Source: Acidobacteriota bacterium
Lineage (GTDB): Bacteria > Acidobacteriota > Terriglobia > Terriglobales > SCQP01
Direction of reading: 5' to 3'
NCBI GenBank assembly: GCA_004299485.1
Contig: SCQP01000016.1
Span: 314,996-378,995 of the forward strand
DNA length: 64,000 nucleotides
Position numbers and translations under genes: made by a program. Each line of letters opens with the position of its first letter. Within the stretch, counting starts at the first letter, position 1. Shown one piece after another: positions 27,584 to 35,324 of the stretch. The notes beneath the pieces were generated by a model. It searched no databases, had not been told where the DNA came from, and was given only the letters and a program-made list of their open reading frames with translations.

Positions 27584-27693
27584 GTGGCTCGCCACTTTTT
27601 GCCCTGGTCGCTCCCGTTGGTCGCTCGGAGTGCGGGCTTCGATTCCCGGCAGGGTCCGCCCGCTGGCGCCCAGGGCTCCTCCAAGCTGCCGCC
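27584..27693 (+). repeat. Interspersed ~110-bp element, copy D
   Basis: 'gtggctcgccactttttgccctggtcgctcccgttggtcgctcggagtgcgggcttcgattcccggcagggtccgcccgctggcgcccagggctcctccaagctgccgcc'. Confidence 0.8.
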
Positions 27694-27744
27694 ATAGGCG
27701 TCAGGCTTCGCGGTACTGAAATACTGACGTTCTGAAATACGGCT

Positions 27745-28719
27745 CTATTCCGGCACAGCCACCTGCGCGCCGATTTCCTGAAGCACCTGCAGGGCGGTAT
27801 CGGAAGCGTGCTCGGCGGCGTGTCCGCGCAGCACTACGCGATGGGCGCAGCAGGGCAGGAGCAGGCGCTTGACGTCATGCGGGACGCAGTAGTTGCGGCC
27901 TTCCAGCATCGCCCACGCCTGCGCCGCGCGATGCAGCATGAGCATGCCCCGCGGACTTACGCCCAGTTCCAGCGCCGGATGATGGCGGGTGGCATCCACC
28001 AGCGCCAGTTCGTAATCGACCACATCATCGGAAACCTGCACCGCCTCAACCCCGCGCTGCAACTGCAGTATCTCGGCCTGGCTGATGACCGGTTCCAGGC
28101 GCTCGAGTATGCTGGCGCCGGCTTCACCGCGCAGAATGGCGCGCTCGTCGGCCGGCGCCGGGTAGCCCATGCGGATGCGCAACAGGAAGCGGTCGAGTTG
28201 CGACTCGGGCAATGGATAGGTGCCGTGATGCTCGATCGGGTTTTGCGTCGCCATCACCCAGAACGGCTGCGGCAGTGGGTAAGACTGATGATCCACCGTC
28301 ACCTGGCGCTCGTTCATTGCCTCGAGCAGCGCCGATTGCGTCTTGGGCGTGGTGCGGTTAATCTCGTCTGCCAGTAATAGGTTGGTGAACAGCGGACCGG
28401 GATGGAACTCGAAGCGCTCGGCCGACTGGCTGTAAATGTTGACGCCGATCACATCGCTCGGCAGCAGATCGCTGGTGAACTGAATACGCTGGAAGTTGCA
28501 GTCCAAGGCGCGTGCCAGCGCCTGCGCCAGGGTGGTCTTGCCTACGCCAGGGACATCTTCAATGAGCACGTGCCCCTGCGCCAGCACTGCGACTACGGCC
28601 AGACGAACCGCATCGCCGGAGTTGCGCACCACGCGATGCAGCGCCTGCTCCAATCGCGCCAAACCTGGTTCCACGGCGGATTCGATGGGGCTCGCCACGA
28701 GTTGGCTTGATTTTACCAT
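27745..28719 (-). CDS. moxR: MoxR-family AAA+ ATPase
   Basis: 'VLIEDVPGVGKTTLAQALARAL', 'FQRIQFTSDLLPSDVIG', 'LLADEINRTTPKTQSALLEAM', 'ATQNPIEHHGTYPLPESQLDRF'. Confidence 0.9.
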   Translation of the reverse strand: MVKSSQLVASPIESAVEPGLARLEQALHRVVRNSGDAVRLAVVAVLAQGHVLIEDVPGVGKTTLAQALARALDCNFQRIQFTSDLLPSDVIGVNIYSQSAERFEFHPGPLFTNLLLADEINRTTPKTQSALLEAMNERQVTVDHQSYPLPQPFWVMATQNPIEHHGTYPLPESQLDRFLLRIRMGYPAPADERAILRGEAGASILERLEPVISQAEILQLQRGVEAVQVSDDVVDYELALVDATRHHPALELGVSPRGMLMLHRAAQAWAMLEGRNYCVPHDVKRLLLPCCAHRVVLRGHAAEHASDTALQVLQEIGAQVAVPE

Positions 28720-28930
28720 TCGCGGCTCGCGCCGCCGTTACTCGGGCTTTGCCCCGGTGAACGACGCGCGTCGAGCGGCGCCGACCTGTAAAAATGCCCG
28801 CCCCGCTGCCATGCCTTTGCTGGCACAACAGGAGGGCGGGCGGTTGGAGAACAGTTCCGAAGAAGCCCGGCAAGAGGGATGCAACAAGACCCGCCGGCAA
28901 GGGCTGGGCCCCGAAACTATCGATGGGGGC

Positions 28931-28960
28931 ATATTACGGGCGGAAACGCTGCACTGTCAA
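28931..28960 (-). promoter_or_regulatory. Sigma-70-like promoter facing moxR (TTGACA-18-TAATAT)
   Basis: On the minus strand, TTGACA (28955..28960) and TAATAT (28931..28936) lie in an AT-rich patch ~205 nt upstream of the moxR ATG. Confidence 0.4.
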
Positions 28961-29009
28961 GATCAAAAATATTTTCTGGAGCCGCTATAGTCTCTTTGTT
29001 TTCAATCGG

Positions 29010-30104
29010 TTACAAGTGGTCACGACCACCAGCCGTAATGGAACTTTCTGCCCCTCCCAAGTGCAGCCGGGTCAACGACTGCGGTTGCAATAGGCGGAAG
29101 CCTCCCGGAAGGCGGCGATCAAGCCAGGCGCTCAACCCGCCGGTGATCAGTCCCAACACGATCGAGACGCTGATGACGAAGGCGCAGAGGACGAACACGG
29201 CCAGAATCAGCGCGGGCAAGCCTTCCAACCCGACATATTTTGGCGGAACGATCGTCAGGTCGGCGTCATAGTTCACGGCCTGTAGCAGCGGCGTAGCCTG
29301 CGATTTCGTCAGCCCGTGCACCAGAATCAGAAAGGACCCGCTGCGGCGGATCACGCCGCCAACAAGACTGCCGAGCTGGCTCAGACGGGTGCGCGCCATC
29401 TGGGGCGTTGGGTAAGCGATCACCAGTAACTGTGCGTCCGGGGGACGATTGGGCAGGTTATAGTCCGCTACAACCGTCTCGGCACTGAGATTGAATCCGA
29501 CCGCGCGGGCCGGCAGCCAGGCGCAGGAGGCCGCAAACGCTGTTGGCCCTTCGGCATAATGCACGGAATTAGCGGTTTGATAATCGCTGGGCAAATATTG
29601 CGGCAGGCTGGGAATCGTCAAGCCGGCGTTGGCCGAAGCCGGCATGGCGGTGGCAAGATCGCGCATTTGACGGCCGGTCATGGCGGTTAACACATCCATG
29701 TGGACATGCACGAGCCAGGCGCCGCGAGTGAACCAGATCTCGGTATTGCCCGAAGCCGCCTGCGCGTACTTGGGTCCCAAGCTAAAGGCGTGGAAATTCG
29801 CCGGACGAAAGTAGGTAAAGGCGCCGTAGGCGCCACCAGCATCCTGAAAACGAAAGCCCTCGATGTGGATCGTACGACCGGAACGTTGATAGGTATCGTG
29901 CTCGAGGGCTCGCAAGCCGTACTCGCGCATCGCCGCCGCATCCGGCTGCGGCAACTGCCAGCCGGCGCGGGTGAGGACAGTGCTGTGCGCCTTCTGCCAG
30001 CCGTCGAAGAAGGCGGGGAGCGATGCCCCCGGTACGCGCGGTGTGGCGGCCAGTGCCGCCGTGCCGAGAACTGCCAGCGCGAGCAACCAACGAACCCACT
30101 TCAC
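29010..30104 (-). CDS. Hypothetical membrane protein (N-terminal signal/anchor, C-terminal TM segment)
   Basis: 'VKWVRWLLALAVLGTAALAA' at the N-terminus and 'GLPALILAVFVLCAFVISVSIVLGLITGG' near the C-terminus. The GTG at 30104 avoids overlap with the amidase gene. Confidence 0.6.
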   Translation of the reverse strand: MKWVRWLLALAVLGTAALAATPRVPGASLPAFFDGWQKAHSTVLTRAGWQLPQPDAAAMREYGLRALEHDTYQRSGRTIHIEGFRFQDAGGAYGAFTYFRPANFHAFSLGPKYAQAASGNTEIWFTRGAWLVHVHMDVLTAMTGRQMRDLATAMPASANAGLTIPSLPQYLPSDYQTANSVHYAEGPTAFAASCAWLPARAVGFNLSAETVVADYNLPNRPPDAQLLVIAYPTPQMARTRLSQLGSLVGGVIRRSGSFLILVHGLTKSQATPLLQAVNYDADLTIVPPKYVGLEGLPALILAVFVLCAFVISVSIVLGLITGGLSAWLDRRLPGGFRLLQPQSLTRLHLGGAESSITAGGRDHL

Positions 30105-30135
30105 TTCTTTAGTGTAGAACCGAACGCGGTTGCTG

Positions 30136-32001
30136 TCAGCGGTGCGGGGCGGGGACGGAGGCGTCGCTGGCAATAGTAGCTGCGGACGTGCCGCTCAGCG
30201 AAAGAATATAGGTGCGCAGCCCCTGATAAAGTCCCTCGGCAATGCGCTGGCGATAGGCGGCGGTGCGCAGACGGCGGTCATCGGTGCCATTGCTGAGAAA
30301 GGAAATCTCCGCCAGGATGGAGGGCATGCGGGCGCCGATGAGCACCACGAACGGCGCGGTTTTGACGCCGCGATTATCTTCGCCGGTCGCCCGAGACAGG
30401 CTGCGTTCGACATCGGCGGCAAGCTCGTGCGATTCTTCCAGCTTGTTGTTGAGCGCGATGGTCTGGAGCAGGTGCGGCAAGTCATGGATGCCGTCACCGC
30501 TGCCGGCATTTTCCCGCGCAGCCACGGCCAGCGCGCGCGGGTCACGGGTGAAATTCAGAAAATAGGTCTCCACGCCGCGGGTTTGCGGGGAAGGGCCGGA
30601 GTTGGCGTGAATGGAAACGAACAGGTCGGCATGCGCGGCGTTGGCGATCGCGGTGCGCTCCTGCAACGGGATGAAGACATCCGTGGTGCGGGTATAGACC
30701 ACGTTGAGGCCCAGGCGCTGCCGCAATAGTTTGCCCAGACGCAGGGTTACGTCCAGGACGATGTTCTTCTCGTCTAAGCCGCCGCGGCCGATGGTGCCGG
30801 TATCGTGGCCGCCATGGCCGGCGTCGAGCACCACGGTCTTGATTTTGAGGCCCAGGGCGCGGGTGAGGGAATCGCGACCGTTGGCCAGCGGCTTGGCGGC
30901 AGGAATCGGCGCCGCCGGGGCAGGCGCCGCCGTCGTGGCAGCCGCATGGGCGCCGGTAAGGCCGATGATCAGGCGGTCGGGATTGGGATAAAAGCCGCCA
31001 TGATCGGCGCGCACGCCCGCCGTCATCTGCACCACGACGCGGGTGCTGGTACGGTTGAAATTCGCTATACGAATGCTGACGACGCGGCCGTCGCCCACGC
31101 GCAGGTGCGCGGCGCCGGTATTGTCGTGAGCGGGCACGCCCTGGCTGCTGACATCGAAATAGACCAGATGCCGCTTGGGCAGAGCGCCCCGGCTATAGTG
31201 CACTTTGCTGCGCAGCGCAATGACGACGCTGCTGCCATGGCCGTTGGTGAACACCTGCACGCCCTCGATGTTGCCGATATGGACCGTCCATCGTCGCGAG
31301 CGCGCGGTCGCCGCTTCCGCAGCCGCGGCGGGAGGCGGCGCGGCCGCGGCAGGCGCCTCGGGCGCGAGCACCGCCTGCGGGGGCGCGACCGAGGGCAGCG
31401 CTGGCAAGGGGCCGCGGGAAACCATGTACTCCGGTTCGGGAACACGGCGGCCAGCGGCTTCGGCGCGCGCCACGGCGATGCGGGGATCGGCCGGATAGCG
31501 GCGGATAAAATCCCGCAGCCAGACGCGCCCGCTGGCAACATCGCGAAGGTGATAAATTTCGATTTGCGCGAGCGCAAACTCGGCGTTGCGGCGGTAGCTG
31601 GTGTAGGGGGAAAGGCGCAGCAGATCGCGCAGGATCCTGCCGGCCTGGCTGTAGGCGCTGCGATCGCCCCGATCGCGCGCCTGCGCCACTTCGACGCTGG
31701 CGGCGGTAAAGCGCGCGGCATCGGCGGCGGGCGCCTGAGGATTCGCCCACAGCGGCGTCAGCAGTGCCAGGATCCGGTTGTAATCGGAAGTGGTGCGCTG
31801 CGCCACCGGTTTGTGCAACAGCGCCGTGCGCAACTGCTGCACCTGGCGCAGAGCATCGGCGGCTTCCGTGCGCCGCGGCGACTGCGCCCCAAGCGCCAGC
31901 ACCCCGGCCAGCACCAGGGCGCTCCCGCCCGTCAGGAAGCGAAGCTGAAACAAAACACGCAACGTACCTTCATTGTGAGCAGGACAGGCGCGGGGATTCA
32001 A
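30136..32001 (-). CDS. N-acetylmuramoyl-L-alanine amidase (Amidase_3) with AMIN-like and helical N-terminal regions
   Basis: 'VVLDAGHGGHDTGTIG', 'EKNIVLDVTLRLGKLL', 'ERTAIANAAHADLFVSIHAN', 'PSILAEISFLSN'. Confidence 0.85.
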   Translation of the reverse strand: MNPRACPAHNEGTLRVLFQLRFLTGGSALVLAGVLALGAQSPRRTEAADALRQVQQLRTALLHKPVAQRTTSDYNRILALLTPLWANPQAPAADAARFTAASVEVAQARDRGDRSAYSQAGRILRDLLRLSPYTSYRRNAEFALAQIEIYHLRDVASGRVWLRDFIRRYPADPRIAVARAEAAGRRVPEPEYMVSRGPLPALPSVAPPQAVLAPEAPAAAAPPPAAAAEAATARSRRWTVHIGNIEGVQVFTNGHGSSVVIALRSKVHYSRGALPKRHLVYFDVSSQGVPAHDNTGAAHLRVGDGRVVSIRIANFNRTSTRVVVQMTAGVRADHGGFYPNPDRLIIGLTGAHAAATTAAPAPAAPIPAAKPLANGRDSLTRALGLKIKTVVLDAGHGGHDTGTIGRGGLDEKNIVLDVTLRLGKLLRQRLGLNVVYTRTTDVFIPLQERTAIANAAHADLFVSIHANSGPSPQTRGVETYFLNFTRDPRALAVAARENAGSGDGIHDLPHLLQTIALNNKLEESHELAADVERSLSRATGEDNRGVKTAPFVVLIGARMPSILAEISFLSNGTDDRRLRTAAYRQRIAEGLYQGLRTYILSLSGTSAATIASDASVPAPHR

Positions 32002-32051
32002 TGCCTAAAGACACCCGCGTGGGTGACCGATTTGGTGCCGCGCCTCGCACC

Positions 32052-33020
32052 CTAGCGAACGCCGACCGCACGCCGGATGCGTTCCAGGCGCGGCGTCGCC
32101 AGCGCGCGGGCGCGTTCGGCGCCATGGGCCAGCACCGCGGCCAGCCCGGTGGGATCGGCCAGCCACTGCTGATAGCGGGCGCGCGGCTCGCCCAGCACCG
32201 CCTCCAGCGCCTCCGCCAGCGCCTGCTTGGCGGCGGCCCAGCCGGTTCCGCCCGCGCGCAATTTCGCGGCCAGAGGCGCGGCTGCGGCCGCACCCACCAG
32301 ATGACGGTAGAGCTGAAACACGGCGGCGGTTTCGGGCTGCTTGGGCTCGGCGACAGGCGTGGAATCGGTCTGAATGCGCATCACCAGCTTCTGCAGCGGC
32401 GCGCGGTCCAGAAACAGCGGCAGCGTGTTGTCGTAGCTCTTGCTCATCTTGCGGCCGTCGAGACCGGGAATGGTTTCGACCTCTTCCTGAATCAGCGCTT
32501 CGGGCACGACCAGCAAATCGCCGTAGGCGTGATTGAAGCGCTGCGCAATGTCGCGGCACATTTCCACATGCTGCTTCTGGTCGCGGCCCACGGGTACCAC
32601 CTGGGCGCCAAAGGCGAGGATATCGGCGGCCATCAACACCGGGTAGGTATACAGTCCGGCGGTGACTTCGCGTTGCTGCGCCAGCGCGTCTTTAAAGGCG
32701 TGGCCGCGGTCGAGCAGCCCCTTGGCGGTGAAACAACTGAGAATCCAGGCCAGCTCCATCACCTCCGGCACATCCGACTGCCGGTACAGCAGGGCACGTT
32801 CCGGATCAAGACCCAGCGCCAGCCAGGTTGCCGCGATCTCGCGTGTATAGAGACGCAGCTCATCGCCCTGATGCAGCGTTGTGAGGGCGTGGTAGTCGGC
32901 AATGAAGTACAGGCACTGATAGCGCTCGGCGAGGGCCAGCGCCGGACGGATCATGCCCAGGTAATTGCCGAGATGGGGATGGCCGCTGGGCTTGATTCCG
33001 GTGAGCGCGATTTTAGGCAT
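32052..33020 (-). CDS. trpS: Tryptophan--tRNA ligase
   Basis: HIGH-type motif 'GIKPSGHPHLGNYLG', and 'KMSKS' is present. Confidence 0.95.
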   Translation of the reverse strand: MPKIALTGIKPSGHPHLGNYLGMIRPALALAERYQCLYFIADYHALTTLHQGDELRLYTREIAATWLALGLDPERALLYRQSDVPEVMELAWILSCFTAKGLLDRGHAFKDALAQQREVTAGLYTYPVLMAADILAFGAQVVPVGRDQKQHVEMCRDIAQRFNHAYGDLLVVPEALIQEEVETIPGLDGRKMSKSYDNTLPLFLDRAPLQKLVMRIQTDSTPVAEPKQPETAAVFQLYRHLVGAAAAAPLAAKLRAGGTGWAAAKQALAEALEAVLGEPRARYQQWLADPTGLAAVLAHGAERARALATPRLERIRRAVGVR

Positions 33021-33072
33021 GCAGGAAGCGCGCGAATGCGCCGCGGGCGGTTTCTCTGTTGACGCGGGCGGG

Positions 33073-33150
33073 TGGTGCGCCTGGCAGGAGTCGAACCTGC
33101 GACCTCTCGCTTCGGAGGCGAACGCTCTAATCCAGCTGAGCTACAGGCGC
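33073..33150 (-). tRNA. tRNA-Arg (anticodon CCG)
   Basis: The reverse complement is GCGCCTG-TA-GCTC..GAGC-G-TTCGC-CTCCGAA-GCGAG-AGGTC-GCAGG-TTCGACT-CCTGC-CAGGCGC-A-CCA. It lies 52 nt upstream of trpS on the same strand. Confidence 0.9.
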
Positions 33151-33311
33151 GCGACGCGTCCCCCTTAGTTTAGCGCAGGGGACGGGTTGCCTGCGGGCGG
33201 CATGCCGAAAGCACAATTTGCGTAACCGACTGTAAGCAAATGAGTAAACGGGCAGGACAGAAAATCACTCATTCGGGGCTTCGGTTTTGCCGTTAATGTG
33301 AGTACAATCAC

Positions 33312-34442
33312 TTGCAGTCGTACACGAGCGTCACTGTGCCCAAGCTTTTCCGCTCATCGCATATACATCTCTTGCTGGTCATTGGCGTGGCTGCCGCCCT
33401 GCTGTTGCCAGGCGCAGCGCAATCACGCCGCAGACACCGCAGCCATATCCGCCGCGTGCATTACACGCAGAGCTGGAACGCCCGCCCGGTCGCCTACGGC
33501 CTGAGCGCCGACGATGTGACCGGCGGCGAGGACCCAGTCCTGCGCGCCGCGGCAGTGAATGCGCTGGGCGAACGCAACGGCACCGCCGTGGTCGTCGATC
33601 CGAACAGCGGGCGCATTCTCACCATGGTGAATCAAGGACTGGCGCTTTCGGCTCAGTACCAGCCCTGCTCGACTACCAAGATGGCGGTGGGACTGGCGGC
33701 GCTCGATCACGGCGTGGTCACGGAGAATCAGCCGGTACGGATCGCACCCCATGATTCGGTCACCTTCGTCAAGGCCATGGCGTACTCCATCAACGCCTAT
33801 TTCGAGGCGCTGGGCCGGCGCATGGGCTTTGACGCGGTGACGGACTTCGAGCGCGAAGTCGGCTTGGGCGAACGCGCCGGCTGGAACATCCCCGGCGAAG
33901 ATCCGGGCAAAGTGCCGACGCAGCCGGGACCGGGCGGCGTGGCCAAGCTGAGCAGCTTCGGTCAGGGCGTCTACATTTCGCCACTGCAATTGGCGGCGCT
34001 GGTAACTGCCATCGCCAACGGCGGCACCCTCTATTACCTGCAGCACCCGACGACGCGCGAGCAGGTAGCCGACTTCACGCCGCGCGTGAAGCGCCACCTG
34101 AATATCGCCAACTATGCACCTGTCATCAAGGACGGCATGATGGCAGCAGTGATGTACGGCACCGCGCGCGGCGCCCGCATCCGCGGCGAGCACATTCTGG
34201 GCAAGACGGGCACCTGCAGCCGTGACGGCACCCGCTTCGGCCTGTTCGCCAGCTATCAGGGCATCGACCATCCGCAACTGGTGGTGGTGGTGATTTTGCG
34301 CGGCAACGGCGCCGTCTCCGGCCCGCGCGCCGCCGACGTCGCGGGCAAGATCTACGCCGCCCTCGACCGCGAGCACATCTTCACCGCCGAAACCCGCCCC
34401 ACCTCCTGGCCCGCCCTGACTCTCCGCGACGGCGGCTATTAG
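33312..34442 (+). CDS. Penicillin-binding transpeptidase-domain protein (small PBP / class-D beta-lactamase-like)
   Basis: SxxK 'CSTTKM', SxN 'YSINAY' and KTG 'GKTGTC' are present. The signal-like N-terminus is 'LLLVIGVAAALLLPGAAQS'. The start is uncertain: TTG 33312 or GTG 33336. Confidence 0.75.
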   Translation: MQSYTSVTVPKLFRSSHIHLLLVIGVAAALLLPGAAQSRRRHRSHIRRVHYTQSWNARPVAYGLSADDVTGGEDPVLRAAAVNALGERNGTAVVVDPNSGRILTMVNQGLALSAQYQPCSTTKMAVGLAALDHGVVTENQPVRIAPHDSVTFVKAMAYSINAYFEALGRRMGFDAVTDFEREVGLGERAGWNIPGEDPGKVPTQPGPGGVAKLSSFGQGVYISPLQLAALVTAIANGGTLYYLQHPTTREQVADFTPRVKRHLNIANYAPVIKDGMMAAVMYGTARGARIRGEHILGKTGTCSRDGTRFGLFASYQGIDHPQLVVVVILRGNGAVSGPRAADVAGKIYAALDREHIFTAETRPTSWPALTLRDGGY

Positions 34443-34482
34443 CAGCCGCCCTGCTCTTGGGCCGTGCGCAACCGTTTTGCGC

Positions 34483-34512
34483 TTGACATTTCGTGTTTTA
34501 TTCGCCTATAGT
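34483..34512 (+). promoter_or_regulatory. lexA promoter (TTGACA-18-TATAGT)
   Basis: TTGACA is at 34483..34488 and TATAGT at 34507..34512. The -10 ends 8 nt before the ATG at 34520. Confidence 0.5.
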
Positions 34513-34519
34513 GGCGGCC

Positions 34520-35131
34520 ATGGTACTGACCAAGCGGCAACACGAAGTGCTGACGTTTTTGCAGTCCTTTATCGAACGCGAGGGGTATTGCCCAAGCTAC
34601 GAGGAGATCGCCGCGGGGCTGAAGCTCACTTCGCTTGCCACCGTGCATGCGCATCTGGCGACGCTGGAGAAAAAAGGCTGCCTGCGGCGCGGCTTCAATC
34701 AAAGCCGCTCGATTGAGTTGCGGCGGCCGCCGGCGCGGCGCGCGGCCGACCGGGGCGCGCTGCCGCTACTGGGCCGCATCGCCGCCGGCCGGCCGGTCGA
34801 AGCCATCGCCAACGCGGAAGAAATCTCGCTGCAAGACATCGCCCGCAACCGCGCCAGCTTCGTGCTGGAGGTGCGCGGCGACAGCATGATCGAGGATCAC
34901 ATCGTCGACGGCGATTACGTCATGGTGGAGCGGCGCGAAACTGCCGAGGACGGCCAGATCGTGGTGGCGCTGGTGGATGGCGTCGAGGCGACGCTGAAAC
35001 GGCTCTACCACGAGCCCGGCGGCATGATCCGGCTGCAACCGGCCAACGCCAAAATGCCTCCCATTCACGTGGCGGCGAAGCGCGTGCAGGTACAGGGGCG
35101 TGTGATCGGAGTGTTACGAAAATTTCAGTAG
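34520..35131 (+). CDS. lexA: LexA repressor
   Basis: The wHTH is 'LTKRQHEVLTFLQSFIEREGYCPSYEEIAAGLKLTSLATVHAHLATLEKKG'. The cleavage region is 'GRIAAGRPVEA', and the S24 domain has 'VRGDSMIEDHIVDGDYVMV' and 'ATLKRLY'. The track start at 34493 lies inside the promoter spacer. Confidence 0.9.
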   Translation: MVLTKRQHEVLTFLQSFIEREGYCPSYEEIAAGLKLTSLATVHAHLATLEKKGCLRRGFNQSRSIELRRPPARRAADRGALPLLGRIAAGRPVEAIANAEEISLQDIARNRASFVLEVRGDSMIEDHIVDGDYVMVERRETAEDGQIVVALVDGVEATLKRLYHEPGGMIRLQPANAKMPPIHVAAKRVQVQGRVIGVLRKFQ

Positions 35132-35147
35132 CGCGCTGTCGCGTCTG

Positions 35148-35156
35148 TGGTAGAGT
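35148..35156 (+). promoter_or_regulatory. Possible extended -10 (TGgTAGAGT) for the DAHP synthase leader transcript
   Basis: TG-n-TAGAGT lies 14 nt upstream of the leader-peptide ATG. No good -35 is present. Confidence 0.35.
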
Positions 35157-35169
35157 CAGATCTACGTCC

Positions 35170-35241
35170 ATGATTCCCACCTGCATAAGCCGATTTACCT
35201 ATTACTGGTATTACCGGACCAACGGGCGGGATCTGCCTTGA
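35170..35241 (+). CDS. Candidate attenuation leader peptide MIPTCISRFTYYWYYRTNGRDLP
   Basis: ATG..TGA covers 23 codons. Codons 9-15 are TTT ACC TAT TAC TGG TAT TAC (F T Y Y W Y Y). The ORF is AT-rich and is followed by a terminator and the DAHP synthase gene. Confidence 0.55.
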   Translation: MIPTCISRFTYYWYYRTNGRDLP

Positions 35242-35274
35242 GACCTCTCTAGTCCAGGCAGTATCAGAATCCCA

Positions 35275-35311
35275 GGCCCGCTGAAGCGATCTTCAGCGGG
35301 CCTTTTGTTTT
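35275..35311 (+). terminator. Intrinsic terminator / attenuator immediately upstream of DAHP synthase
   Basis: GGCCCGCTGAAG-CGAT-CTTCAGCGGGCC has a perfect 12-bp stem and is followed by TTTTGTTTT. Confidence 0.85.
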
Positions 35312-35324
35312 GCTCAGGAACATC

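Noticed and set aside
27630-27660. tRNA-like T-arm (GGGCTTCGATTCCCG) inside the interspersed repeat, suggesting a tRNA-derived SINE-like element
   Set aside because: Only a 4-bp stem with an 8-nt loop can form. I could not build an acceptor, D or anticodon arm. The copy A substitution weakens even this stem. I treat it as a coincidental resemblance unless a covariance-model scan says otherwise.
33021-33160. Possible T-box leader upstream of trpS
   Set aside because: The space is occupied by a complete tRNA-Arg(CCG) gene. No specifier or T-box sequence is present.
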